From Phoronis australis (lineage: Eukaryota > Animalia > Phoronida), in NCBI GenBank assembly GCA_002633005.1, contig NMRA01000028.1:1263556-1327555 (forward strand): 64,000 bases of DNA, in the 5' to 3' direction. The translations under genes were made by a program, and so were the position numbers. Each line of letters begins with the position of its first letter. Positions within the stretch are counted from its first letter, which is position 1. Positions 43,461 through 55,300 of the stretch are shown here, piece by piece. The notes below the pieces were generated by a model. It searched no databases, had not been told where the DNA came from, and saw nothing but the letters and a program-made list of their open reading frames with translations.

Positions 43461-45513
43461 TATCCCATAACGTGACAATGGCATCACAGTCTTTCAGGTT
43501 TCTACATACATGTATGACAGCACATGCTTTACGACAACAGTGCCTACGCAAGGTTCCGAAAAACGCACGGACTTAACACACATTATGCGATTAACAAGAA
43601 CTATATGCGACATATGTAAAGTGACGAACAATCACGAGACCATGTCTAATCACGATACGTGAATTTGCTTGTTTGACATGGCCCTCGGTGTTTTGCTACC
43701 TAGTTGCATACCTGAAGAAAGGAGATTGTTCCTACACTACGAGCGACTCAGTATCAAGCTTTCAAACACAAAGCTTAGTCGTGTTTTCAACGAAGTTTGT
43801 AATAGATACGTCACTATAAAAAATGATCAATACTGGTCCTTCTGCAATTTCATGTACTAAAATTCGGACAGTAAATTTGTTTCAAGCGACGTTTTGCTCT
43901 GCAGTCACTCTTTCATCCTTAAGAAAAAGTATAGGCTCAGACAGCAGTTTGATGTATTTGAGGGTCTCAACGTCCACAACGTCGTGACCTCTGAACACGG
44001 GGTACGCGCAGAAAGACGAAAGGACACTTCGTTAAAAATTAACATGCTTTACAAAGTTTTGGCATGACATTAAAGCATTTCCTAACGTGCTTAAAATACA
44101 CTGCAGTTGCTATACTTTATAAAAATTGGATCCAGCCTCTAAATCTTAAATAGTATGAGGGTGGACTTCTCTACACGCGATATCTTACATGTACAATGTA
44201 TGTATATGACCAAAGAGGCAGTGACTCGTAGATCACAAATGTTGAATCCACATTGGACACTAAAGCTCCCTCGATACATATTTGCACAGAGGTCAGTGCG
44301 CAGACGACCGTTGGTCAAACTTACCGTGAAGGGGTCGGGGTTGTCTGAGCTGGCCTCGTGCCTTGTTCAGAACACGACGACACTCGCCGTTACTGTCGTC
44401 TCTGAATTCCTCCGCGTGTTTATCCATAACACGTCCAGAAATCAAGGCAGATTCTAACTGTAAACTCGTATCCAGCGTAACTGACTACCACACGGCTTCA
44501 GGGTTACTGTGTACACAACTCCACAGTACTGGGCATATAGTGGCATAAAAGAATATTCAGCGCGCAGACAAATTGGCACCGAAGACTTATAATGATCTGG
44601 ACAATACGGGAGCACAAAACGCCTGTATTGCCAATATGCCATGCCTTCGTAAGTTAGAATAATAAAAATAGATATCTTTTGTTCAACACGACAGCAGCCA
44701 TCATTTATGGTATTGTTTTCTTTCAGTAGATGTTGTATTCTGTTAAAATACAAAACAATTCGCATTATGAATTAGAGGTCTATTCAATTCCAACAAAGAG
44801 CGCACAATGGCGCGCTGAAGCTGTCATGATGGATGGGTCGATAGATTCAAATTGTTTTCGATGACAACAATTATAGTGCATTCAATGAGACCTATTCTTG
44901 TTAAAGTGAAATATGGATCGAGTTTTTCAATTCAAATAAGATGCATTCATCGCTGCATCACGCCACATTCGCTCTCAACACAATGTGTTTGGACTGTGCA
45001 TACAACGCTCGACTAGAACAAAACCCTGCGCTTGAACAGTGGACAATCGTGCACAGAAGCGTAATACTCTATTGGCTGACGGATCAGCGATTGTGGTCGA
45101 TCCCATATTGTTTATTGTTTCGTTTTGTTTCTCAATGAATGTCCGACTCAGACACCAGGTGGCAGATTTATGCACGCTGGACCACATGGCCCTATGGATG
45201 TGAGCTACACCTGCACTGCGCTACATTCTGTCTTCATCCATGTATCTCCGTACTGACGCAAATAATATTCACAACTTTGAAGTTTTCGGTAAACAAAAAC
45301 ATCCCACTTCCACCGTAGGACCTCTTTCATTTTACTGATGCCTAATGAGAATCGTGTGAAGGCTGTATATATAGCAATGTAACTGTTAAAACTAGTGTAA
45401 TAACTCGCCATCGTCTAATCGATGCATTGGTAATAATTTTGATAAAGACGAGTATTATCTCTGAATACATCAAACCATTCTTACATTGCGATGACAAACC
45501 TGAAGTGAATCCT

Positions 45514-45655
45514 TGTAATTATTGTTTTAGTACAAACTATCATTCCCATTGTAATTATTGTTTTAGTACAAACTATCATTCCCATTGTAATTATTGTTTT
45601 AGTACAAACTATCATTCCCACTGTAATTATTGTTTTAGTACAAACTATCATTCCC
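45514..45655. repeat. Minisatellite, 36 bp x 4 (tgtaattattgttttagtacaaactatcattcccat)
   Basis: Near-perfect copies; source of the CNYCFSTNYHSH repeats in ORF 45427-45849. Confidence 0.97.
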
Positions 45656-46624
45656 CAACGCCTCTAACCACCGGATATCTCTCCAGACTCTTGAGTTCCG
45701 GTAAAACGACCCTGTGTCAGTGTTTCGGAGGCAATAATGCCAGATCGAGGCCTTTTCATATTCGAGATCAGCCTGTGCCTGTTAAAACTACTTTTTTGTC
45801 TGACACATCAAGACCTTTTTATGATAGAGTTCGGTCATTATCTTCGTAACCATACCTTTCCCATGCACCGACATGAGACCCTTGGGACCAATTGCCCCTA
45901 TCACTATCGTTTTACTCGCAACTAATGAACAAGGGTAGGGGGTGTTAATTCAATTTTGCGACATTTGCGGAGAGGGGCCGTTACTTAAGTCAATTAATGT
46001 CTCACTTACCAAGATCAAGATGAAACATTCGAGCCTTCCCTGCCTGCACGTTGTCTCTCTTCATTTTTACACCCGCGCTCCTTATCCATCGTTTTAGAAG
46101 GGATCAACTCTATCGGTCGCTCTATTGGTGGCCTTTCAAAAGCCAGTCTTAACTCACCCATAGACGCACAATGTCTAATCAGCTTCCTTTCTGCGACTGA
46201 TTTAAAAGCCACTAATCATTCGACACATTTAATATCATTTGGCCAACGTTGCAAGTTTATTTGTAACCTTTGAATACGCATAAAGGAGTTTTCATCAAGA
46301 CGTGAAGTTCGCTTCACATAACGCGATTCCGCAGCAATGTAATTTCCCCACGCTTTAGAATTCTCTTGAAAAGCTCTATTGAGCCGCTGAAGACTGGCGA
46401 AGAAAAAGGAATCATTAACCGATTCTGTTATTTCAAAGACTCATCATGACAAATTGTCAAGAGTTACAATAGTTGAAGCAAACAGCGCAATAGAATATCA
46501 ATTCTGGTTGCCATCGTGTTACCAGGAGACAATGTCACTGGAATCTATTCAGCTTCAACTGCGAGCGCACATAAAGCGGTAAATATGACCAGAGAACATT
46601 GAGATGAAGCCAATAATTTCATTA

Positions 46625-46725
46625 TGTTCTATTGGTCAGCTTTGATTTTCTTTCAGTAGACAAGTAATCGGTAGCTGTTCCATTCCCGCGCGCTTGTTCG
46701 CCGGTTGAACACCAGGGGGCGGTTG
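46625..46725 (+). promoter_or_regulatory. Candidate promoter of gene A
   Basis: ATTGG at 46631-46635, GGGGCGG at 46716-46722 and a CpG-rich patch ~500 bp upstream of the ATG. Confidence 0.4.
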
Positions 46726-47204
46726 ATGTAATTTACTTTCCATTACCAGGGAGATTTTGGAAAGTTACCGGATATAACCAGAGTAATGTTAACGACCCAC
46801 GTGCTCTGGTATAACCGAGAATTAATCCGTTCGCAAACAAGGGAACGTGAACACAAATAAATCCTTTGCTTCCCACACATTCACCGAAAATACTCCATAC
46901 GTGACCAAACTTCATACCGGCAGAGACCAGTCCCGAACTATCAGAGTGCGGCAAAGGAGTCTAGGTGACAGTTGGCCATCGTTTCCCCTAAATATACTCG
47001 GCATCAACAACCAATGTGAAAATCCATCCGTGATGAATATGTGTAATTTTCCCGCTTTATTGTGCTCTGCCTGGTAGGTGAGAAAAGTTGAGGGAAAATC
47101 TTGTCTACGTGAAATCATGTTTGCATTGTTTCACACAACAAACGCTGTCAGCACAACGAAACACCAAATGGAATGCAGACAGCACCGTACTTTAATGTGT
47201 TGGA

Positions 47205-47560
47205 ATGGAATTTATGAAATGGGTTGTAAAAAATCGTAAGAAACGAAGACTGAAAAAGTTTCAACGGACCCTTCAGTTTGAAAACGAGAAGTGTTTCGAG
47301 ATGGAGTCGCAACGTGAAGAACCACCTACAGAGTTATTACTGAACTCCGGCAAAGTAGAGTTGGGTGACGAGGCAACTAAGAAATTGTGCACCTCTTTGG
47401 GAAAGTCCAGGTCCATTATTCGCAAGTGGAATAAAAAGTTTGAAGAGCTACTTGACCTACAGAGGGAGGCACAAACTAATTACTGTAACGATGAAGAAGA
47501 AGTGCGCACGATCGTTTGTGATATGTCGCTTAAAATGCGCGAGCAGTTTGACGCTCTAAA
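47205..47560 (+). CDS. Gene A exon 1 (uncharacterised coiled-coil protein; basic NLS-like KNRKKRRLKK)
   Basis: In-frame TAA at 47193-47195 precedes the ATG. Protein-like charged helical sequence. Ends CTA AA|gtaaga (phase-2 donor at 47561). Confidence 0.82.
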
Positions 47561-47569
47561 GTAAGACGT

Positions 47570-48045
47570 CTTAGTGTACAATGCATAACTCTATTGAGAA
47601 GAATTCCAAATTTGGCTAATTTTGAAGCATTGTATCCCAGAAATGGAAGAGCGCATTTAAATGAAAGTTTTACGCCGTACTGTAGTGCATACAAGAGTCT
47701 CTAAAACGTTGTAGCGAATTGTTCCCAAAAATGATTCTACTTAGGCACAGGGGCTATTAGAAATAAAGACTTTTAATATTCTTATGATAAAAACAAAGGT
47801 TTTCTAAACGAAAGCGACATGACAATTTCGAAAACAACAGCAATGCTTCTGAGATTTTCCCTTGAACGTTTACACTTTGCAAACGAAATTTGTTCATGTT
47901 ATTGATATCATGGTTTTGTTGAGAATGTACCTTTGTTTTTTGTTAAAATTGTACCAAAACATGGCCACGTGACCCAAATAATGGCAGATTGGTATATTGT
48001 CAAACTAACAAAATCTCATTTTATAGGGTTTCTACTTTCATAAAA
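47570..48045 (-). mobile_element. Family A copy at the 5' end of gene A intron 1
   Basis: Reverse complement of 47606-47646 matches 50512-50552 at 32/41; 47960-48040 matches 50170-50243 and 11665-11740. Confidence 0.75.
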
Positions 48046-50164
48046 TATTGCCGTGTTAAACATGACGTCCCATTCATACTTAACGGCCCTAGCTGCCAAT
48101 CTCTCCAATTTGTAGCAGTACCGAACATGATACAAGATCTACCTGACGCCAGTTTGTACATTTTGTAGGCGCACGTAAATCAGAAAGCAACGAAGCCATG
48201 ACATACTGAGTCTTCCCAAACTTGGCAGTTTCCCACTGACACGTTGAGTTTCCGGATTTTCTTTAAAATCCAGGTCACTCGATCCGGGACAAAACTCAAG
48301 GGAGTCGAGGTATTCCGCATCTGACAACCGCTTTGGGAGCCTCCCGAAGGAAATTTCAAAATTTAGGCGTGTTACGTTCATTCTGTTGCGTTTCAGTTGT
48401 AGCCTGTGAATTCAGGCCGTAGGAAGCGAGGGGCCGGAGGGGGGGAGGAGGCACGGGCCCCTCAAAAATGTTCATGGGTTAAATCGTGGCAACAGACATA
48501 TGCGTGGGGCCGGGGCAGTCGAGAAAAGAAAGACTGCGAAATAAGGATGAAAGAAAAACTTCAAGAGAACATTTAACAACTCTGCATCAGTGCATGGTTT
48601 ACCTTTTGAGGACCCAGGCCAGGACATTGTCGTTAGGGTCTCCGCTTTTGCAGCACAGGTCGTCTAAACGCACTTGAAAATGTGCACGAAATCAATTAAG
48701 CATATATTTCGAAAAACGGAGAAACTATGTACATGTAAAGCGAAGCTTTTGCGGAGCGTACTAATTTACTGGATTTTTAAATTCAACAAGTCAATTTTGC
48801 GAATGGAAAACTATGATGCCCCTCTTTGTCAAGAGATAACGGGGTTAACTTTCGCTTTATTTTTTTCTCTAAACTGTACATTACATGATGACCTGGCAGA
48901 TAACATCAATTGCTGAGTATTTCCTGATATTTTAAAATATAGATGTTTTCATATTTAGAGGGCCCATCTTCGATAGAGGCCATTGATGACATTCAAGTGC
49001 CCACCCTTTTTGTGTTTTTATTGACAAATTCTTAAGGAGCCGCTCACAAAGAGAGGGCCCAATGTTGGAATCGATTGCCTCTATTTTCCTGTTTGATGTG
49101 AAATCGTGCAACCGGCTTTCATGTTGAAGGAGGTCACTTCCTGCATCGTTTTGGGACCACACGACACTGGTATGCACTGCCACTATTTTTTCCAAGCTTA
49201 GCCTTTCTTCTTAAGGTGTCCCATTTCAGACGGTACCTTCTCTCGGTGGAGAAGTTCGGGGGAAATGTCCCTTTGTCTCACTATACATGTTAATCCGACA
49301 CTGCCAAGCCTATTCACGATGGAAGTTGAGATTCCAAATTCATCAAAAAACACAAAACATTCGTGCACAGCACAGCCATTCAACCCAAACAACCAAAAAT
49401 GTGAAAAAATACAGTAGGATTGTCGCCGTCGAAAGGGTGGAATTTTGAAGAATGTGAAGATCACTATTTGTGAATTACACAAAAGGACTATTTCCGATGG
49501 TTAGTAATAAAATTATGTTACTGTTTCCCGTAGTATCACAAGAATAGTGTCTCTTATGAAGATGGTTACTATGAGTTGATTGTAAGGAGTTCCCACATGT
49601 GGAAAACACTGCTGTCTAAGCTACTATTTGTGATGACCGTGTACATGTCAAAAGAGGGTACTCAAAGAACTCTCAATCATAAACAAAGATTTTAGCGTTT
49701 TTTGTCAGTGGAGTTCAAGTTTACCGCGTGAACCGTTATAGGTAACTCTGAAATGAGCAAAAATACACCTTAATACGAATGCCCCATCTCCTATATTCCA
49801 CCGGGTACCCGTCAAGAGTCTGCAAGCATGCACGCGGAAATTGCTTATAGCATTCCGTTTTGATTAACAAATTCGTTGGTTTCTGATTACTTGTTGCCGT
49901 ATCTACGAAAATCGAAAGATGCACAGATAATTTTTGACAATTAGAAGCTAAACTTGTTAGAATTGATGATGTTGCAGTGAATTTAATTGCAGCCTGAAGT
50001 TGGAAAAGCTCTATAAACCGAACCAAAAATTGTAAAGTACACTTAGACGATTTTTGCATGTATAAGATAACCGACAATTTTACGTTACGTAAGACCTTAT
50101 CAACAAGTCTATGTATTTAGACGATTATCCACAATACCGTCAACTTAAGCTCGCTAAACGTACA

Positions 50165-50583
50165 TTTTCTGACAGTAGAAAGCTTATAGAATTTCATTTT
50201 TGACTTTTTAACAATCTGTCATTAATCCGTCCACGTGACCAGGTAGGTACATAATAGCCACACAACCGTATCAATAGCATGACCAGACTTGGTTTAGTAT
50301 AAATGAAGACATCTCAAAAAATGCCGTTACAGTTTTCTATAAGCAATTCGTTTTTGTTCTATGGAAGTGTTAAGTGAAAACCATAAAAGTACAGTTCTCT
50401 GTAAGCCTGTAACACAACAGTGGAGCATTTTAAAAACAATTCTACGGTTGTGGAAGAGGTGCATGAAGCATAGCACTTGGTGGTAGTTTCATATGGACTG
50501 AATACGATTAGCCATTTCTGAGATATGATGTTCCGAAGTTGACCAAATTTGGAAATTTTTGTATGGTCCTACATAGATTTAAA
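50165..50583 (+). mobile_element. Family A copy at the 3' end of gene A intron 1
   Basis: agtagaaagcttatagaatttcatttttgac...ccacgtgacc and ccatttctgagatatgatgttccgaagttgaccaaatttgg...ctacatagatttaa. Confidence 0.75.
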
Positions 50584-50644
50584 AGAAAAATATTGATTAA
50601 AAAGAGGCAAGTAGCAGTCTTCAACTACAAAAGCGTTGTTTCAG

Positions 50645-50808
50645 TCGAAAAGAAGCCGTACTGCGAAAGGAGCAGCGAAAATTGACAAACCTACAGAACG
50701 AGTTAGTGAGCATCATCCGACAGATGGCGCTGACTGATAAGAAACTAGCAAGTGTAAAAAACGAGCAGAAGATTAAAAAAGCTGACCTGGTTATGCTGAT
50801 TGAAAATG
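50645..50808 (+). CDS. Gene A exon 2 (164 bp; absent from the ORF track)
   Basis: Acceptor gttgtttcag|T and donor AAT G|gtaagg. Phase 2 in, phase 1 out; open frame (N)RKEAVLRKEQRKLTNLQNELVSIIRQMALTDKKLASVKNEQKIKKADLVMLIEN. Confidence 0.85.
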
Positions 50809-51484
50809 GTAAGGTGTTTAGGTTTTTTACTCTGCATTAACATCATTTAGTTTCCATGGAAAACTAAAGTCTTCCTTATTCTTTTTGAATCTGTTTTCTC
50901 GCGCTTCCTACGCTACCCTTTAGTTTTTAACTCGTAGTGAGTAAGCTTCCTTTAATGAACGGAAAAACAGACCACTTTTAAGAAGCGCAATCATGCATCC
51001 TTACGTTTAGTGTCACTGTTGTAACCGACAGACTTCCGATCAGCTTTCACGAGCGAGCAGGTTTCCGAAAACGTTCGAAGGCGTCCCAAATTCTACTTAA
51101 AGTTGCAAGCTGTCGAGGTACAACTGTTCTCTTTCGAACAATAATCCCAGGTGTTGCAAGCAGAGCCTTTCTCAGTTTAGATAATTCTTCGATCTCAATG
51201 ACCTGTTAATGGTCGTGAAAAACCCAGCAGTATTGAAATTTGTTGCAGTATTTTTTCGACTAAATACGCATCCAAAAATTTAAAGAAATTTAGGTATAAT
51301 TTTCGATGTTTGGAGGCAGTTCATCATCAGACCTCTTCCCTTGACGCGTTACCAGTTTTTTCTCTTGTATAATCCTCATGAGAGCTAATTTTGGTCTGCC
51401 AACTCAGACTGCACAGTGCAAAACACAGTCATACATTAATTCAATTGTAGACGATTGATCACTTATGTTTCTGACCAAAATACG

Positions 51485-51659
51485 AGTACGAACTTTAAAA
51501 TCAGCGCATAGGTAAACAAAGACATTGTACTGATTAATCGACTAAACCATTCTCAAGACAAACGTTCTTCACAATACTCCAGTCACGTAACACAGAAGAT
51601 AATAATCCGAATCGTCGACTAATACAATGTCTTTGTTTTTTTATTTTAAAGTTCGCACT
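51485..51659. mobile_element. MITE-like element with ~45-bp imperfect TIRs in gene A intron 2
   Basis: agtacgaactttaaaat...aaacaaagacattgta vs tacaatgtctttgttt...attttaaagttcgcact. Confidence 0.7.
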
Positions 51660-51893
51660 ATATTTAATCGTGTTCTCATATAGTAGTTTCAGACTTAGGC
51701 GTGAGCGGCTGGCGGAGCATTGTCAACTTGGTCGTTTACTCATTCGGAAATAGCCTGAATTCATGCAAAAACAAACTCAGTCATAAATTTAAAGACACAC
51801 GTGTACACGTGCTACAACCTTGGCTGCTCATTTTGTGGTGTAATGCATCGTTGACTGTAGGATAAAAATTGATTCAACTTCAATCCTTTACAG

Positions 51894-52381
51894 ACGTGAA
51901 GAAATTTGAAGCGGATGTGTCAAGACGGGAGGCAGGACTGTTTGGTGAGCTTAACCGAATCAGCAAATTGTCAAAGCCTGAAAAAGCTTACAATTCCTTC
52001 CTGCGCAATATTCAAATAAAGCAAAGGACTTTGAAGAAACTGGAGCTTCTGGCCTACAAGCGCCTCACAGTTTGCCAAGAAGGGAAGTCGTGCAGCACCG
52101 GAAATGAGTCTATTCCATCAACGCCGACCGGAAGTGTACTACTAACGCCGAGTAACGCATCAAAAATGTTTGAATTCTCGTTTTCATCTAACACTCAGTT
52201 GAGTGCTAGCGGTCTATCTCCCGATCAGCGCTACAAGAAACTCGTGGACGGTTTGGTTGAACGAAGTAAGAATGGACTACAAGATTGTGACCAACAGCAA
52301 GATCGTGACTATCAGCCATCACCCGAAAACAATAACAACAATGCATGCGTGAGAAAGGCTGCCCAGGAAACAATGGTTTAA
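51894..52381 (+). CDS. Gene A terminal exon 3
   Basis: Acceptor cttcaatcctttacag|AC. G+AC gives Asp in the frame of ORF 51869-52381 (DVKKFEADVSRREAGLFGELNRI...QETMV*). AATAAA at 52914-52919. Confidence 0.85.
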
Positions 52382-55300
52382 CAGTTTCTAGCAAAGACTG
52401 AAATTTACATTTTATATTTTAACTTGTGGAGTTCTAGCTATTCTGAATACATTCTTTACTCAGCGACTCGAAGAAAAGGGGTTTATTGTTGGCCGTCACA
52501 CTGGAGTTAGGCATAGCATTCGCAGCACATTTGTTTCAAGCTTAAATTTCAGGAACCTTGTGAAATGATAACCAAATAAGTGGGGTAGCGATGGGGCATG
52601 GGGGCAGCCAAAATGCGCCGGCAGACCCCAAAAAGTAAAATGTCGACACTAGTGCAAGAATGCGTTCTAGTAGACAAATGGAGTCCCAGGTTCACCCCAC
52701 ACAGCTCCATCAACACCAAATGAGCTTGGTCGCCAACTTCTTCGCTCCAACCTCTCAGTCCACAGCAGTATTTCGTCTACACCACGCGCGGTCGGCCCGA
52801 AGATTCTGAATCACTTTAGCCTAAATGTCTGCATGTTGAGGAAATTCAAACCTTATACAAATTTCATCGTCTTTTAGAATTAATTAAAGGGAAAGGCGCT
52901 GACTTCCGTTATCAATAAATCTCCGAATACCTAGCTTTAATACATCAGACCACTGGCGCAGCATTCAAATCGTAAGTTTTATATCTTGTAAACTAATGAG
53001 AATTCAATGAAATTCAGGCATACAAACACATAAAAATCTCCTTGAAAGATATTCGAAGGGATCACTTTTGGTTTCGATGCCTTGGGCGTCAAAAAGTCAT
53101 CGCTATGCCATTAGCTTTCAAACTATTTTCCAAACCACCAAGTTATCGGTCTGCATCATTTACACTGTAGGTGTCGCTTGTAACCGATTAGAGAGTACTG
53201 ACGATAGAGTGCAGCACTGAGACCGTGGCAAGGAATTTAGTAGTCAAACATGATAACAATCAAAAGCACAATTTACATAGTCAACGATGAGAAAGACACA
53301 ACTAACATAATAGCTTATTTTTTAACACCAACATATCGTATATTCGTGTGTTTATGACATTGCGCCTGTATTTGAAGTATTGCGTTTTTAAACAATTTGT
53401 TCTGAGTGTTTCACCCATAGGGCCCGTAGGCGCGTGCACCTAAGGTTCACTTATAGGCGCCGGCGAATATCTGCGCGTATTTGTGTCTTTTATCCATTTT
53501 AGCGACACTTTCCACTTGAGAATAGTTCATTAAAAAGACGTCAACACCAACCATTTTGTTAGCTCGACAGATTCTGTATCTGGGAGTCAAACTTCATTTA
53601 CATTCGTCTGAAACTGACTTGCTCTTTTTATATATCGCCGTTCATATTAGGTGGCTGAAGTGACGTAGACAACCTTGATGCACTGCTTCTGGCCTGGCTA
53701 ACCTACGGAAAATAGTATCAGAACGCTACATTTTATAGATAACAAATTAAACAAAGTAAACGAAATTTCGTCTGAGGGTGGGATGAGGTACTAGGAAGGA
53801 GAACATTGTTGACGTGCTGCGGGGCAAAACATGATTGCGCGTGGCTACAGGGTAGATGGTATTGGACAATACTGGTGGCGAAGGGGGGGGGGGGCAATTG
53901 TCGATTTAGCGAGGGGGCAGAGAGTCCGCCTACTACGAGCACTGTCATACATAAGTTAAATTTCTTAGCGCAGTGAGTGTTGTTCCATGCACTACACAAC
54001 ATGCCGTGGATTGCAAGAAGCTGACAAGTAAAACGTGGAACTGTATTAAAAAAAAAACTGTGGTAATAAGACATCAAGTATAAAAAAATCTTAGGTAGGC
54101 GGAGTTCAATTACTACTTCAGTTGTCAATTTTTATGCGGAAACAGTGACTTTGGAGTTAGAAGTTTTATTTTGGTTGCTATAATGAGTGCGGGGCCCCGT
54201 CATCAAATGAACTTGTCAACTGGAGTTACAGTCATTGTTTTTCATTTTTTTCTATGTTACCGTATCAAAACGTACGGTATGAAATCGTCGTCCGCATATC
54301 GATCATAGATTCCGCAGACAAAGCGAATACAAACGGAGATGGCCGATGAGTCATGTTCCATTCATATCCCACCACCCGCTGTCTATGACAGACCTCAGAT
54401 AATCAATACTGGTACTCGTTCTTTATCTACTTTACGACTTAACGAAGCTGGAGTTCGGGCATAACCTACCATACAAGTATAGATATATCTACGAACGAAA
54501 TGAGACAGGCTGTCTGCAAGAATCGAGCACTGAGGAGGTGAGTTTTGGAAGCATTTCTGTGCTATTTCTCACAGATTTTCTCTGCCCTGAACGTTCTACC
54601 TCGTACCATGGCAACGAACATCCCCATTCAAAAAGTAATACTCTGCGCGTTGAATTCGGCGACGTTTTTTCAACGAAAGGAACCAAGGGTTTTTCTCCCA
54701 CGATGACAGGGGTCCGGAGAGGAGAGCTACTTTCAGCCCATTGTTAGTCAAAATTTAAAATACTACAGTGACCTAGAAAATGGGAAGGTTTACACTAGCT
54801 GGGACCGATGTCGTACAAATTACAACGAAAAGCCTTGTCAGTTGGGGCCATTGTAATAATAGGGGTCCATTATGGATCCTCTGTCACGGGCCCTTATAGC
54901 TTGTTTAAGCTATAACCTCGCGTTCCGTCGAAGAATTTATCTTTTGATTTGGACCACTTGCAGCACATTGACACTGAGTAACCGCCCAAATAAATCGACG
55001 CTAAAACAACCGACTTGTACATTAATTCCTACAAAAGTTTTTATTCGTTAATAAAGATTACTTTCAATACTTTCTCCTGATATTCCACTCATGAGAATTG
55101 TCGACACGTGTTTCTTTTCCAAAACAACTCACACAATAATAATCATATCGATAATCTATGACTGCACAAGTCCTATCAATAAGTTATGAAGTAACAGCAG
55201 TAAGACACAAGAGTATAATATCGCACACCCATAAACCGACTACTTTACAAACAATGCGCTTATTTACCACCCACCTGTTTATCTGAATTATGTGTATTTT

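Noticed and set aside
45514-45655. 36-bp repeats as a CRISPR array
   Set aside because: Head-to-tail with no spacers, eukaryotic context, no cas genes.
45427-45849. 140-aa ORF with Cys/His repeats resembling a metal-binding protein
   Set aside because: The repeats are the translation of a 36-bp minisatellite; TTG start and no splice support.
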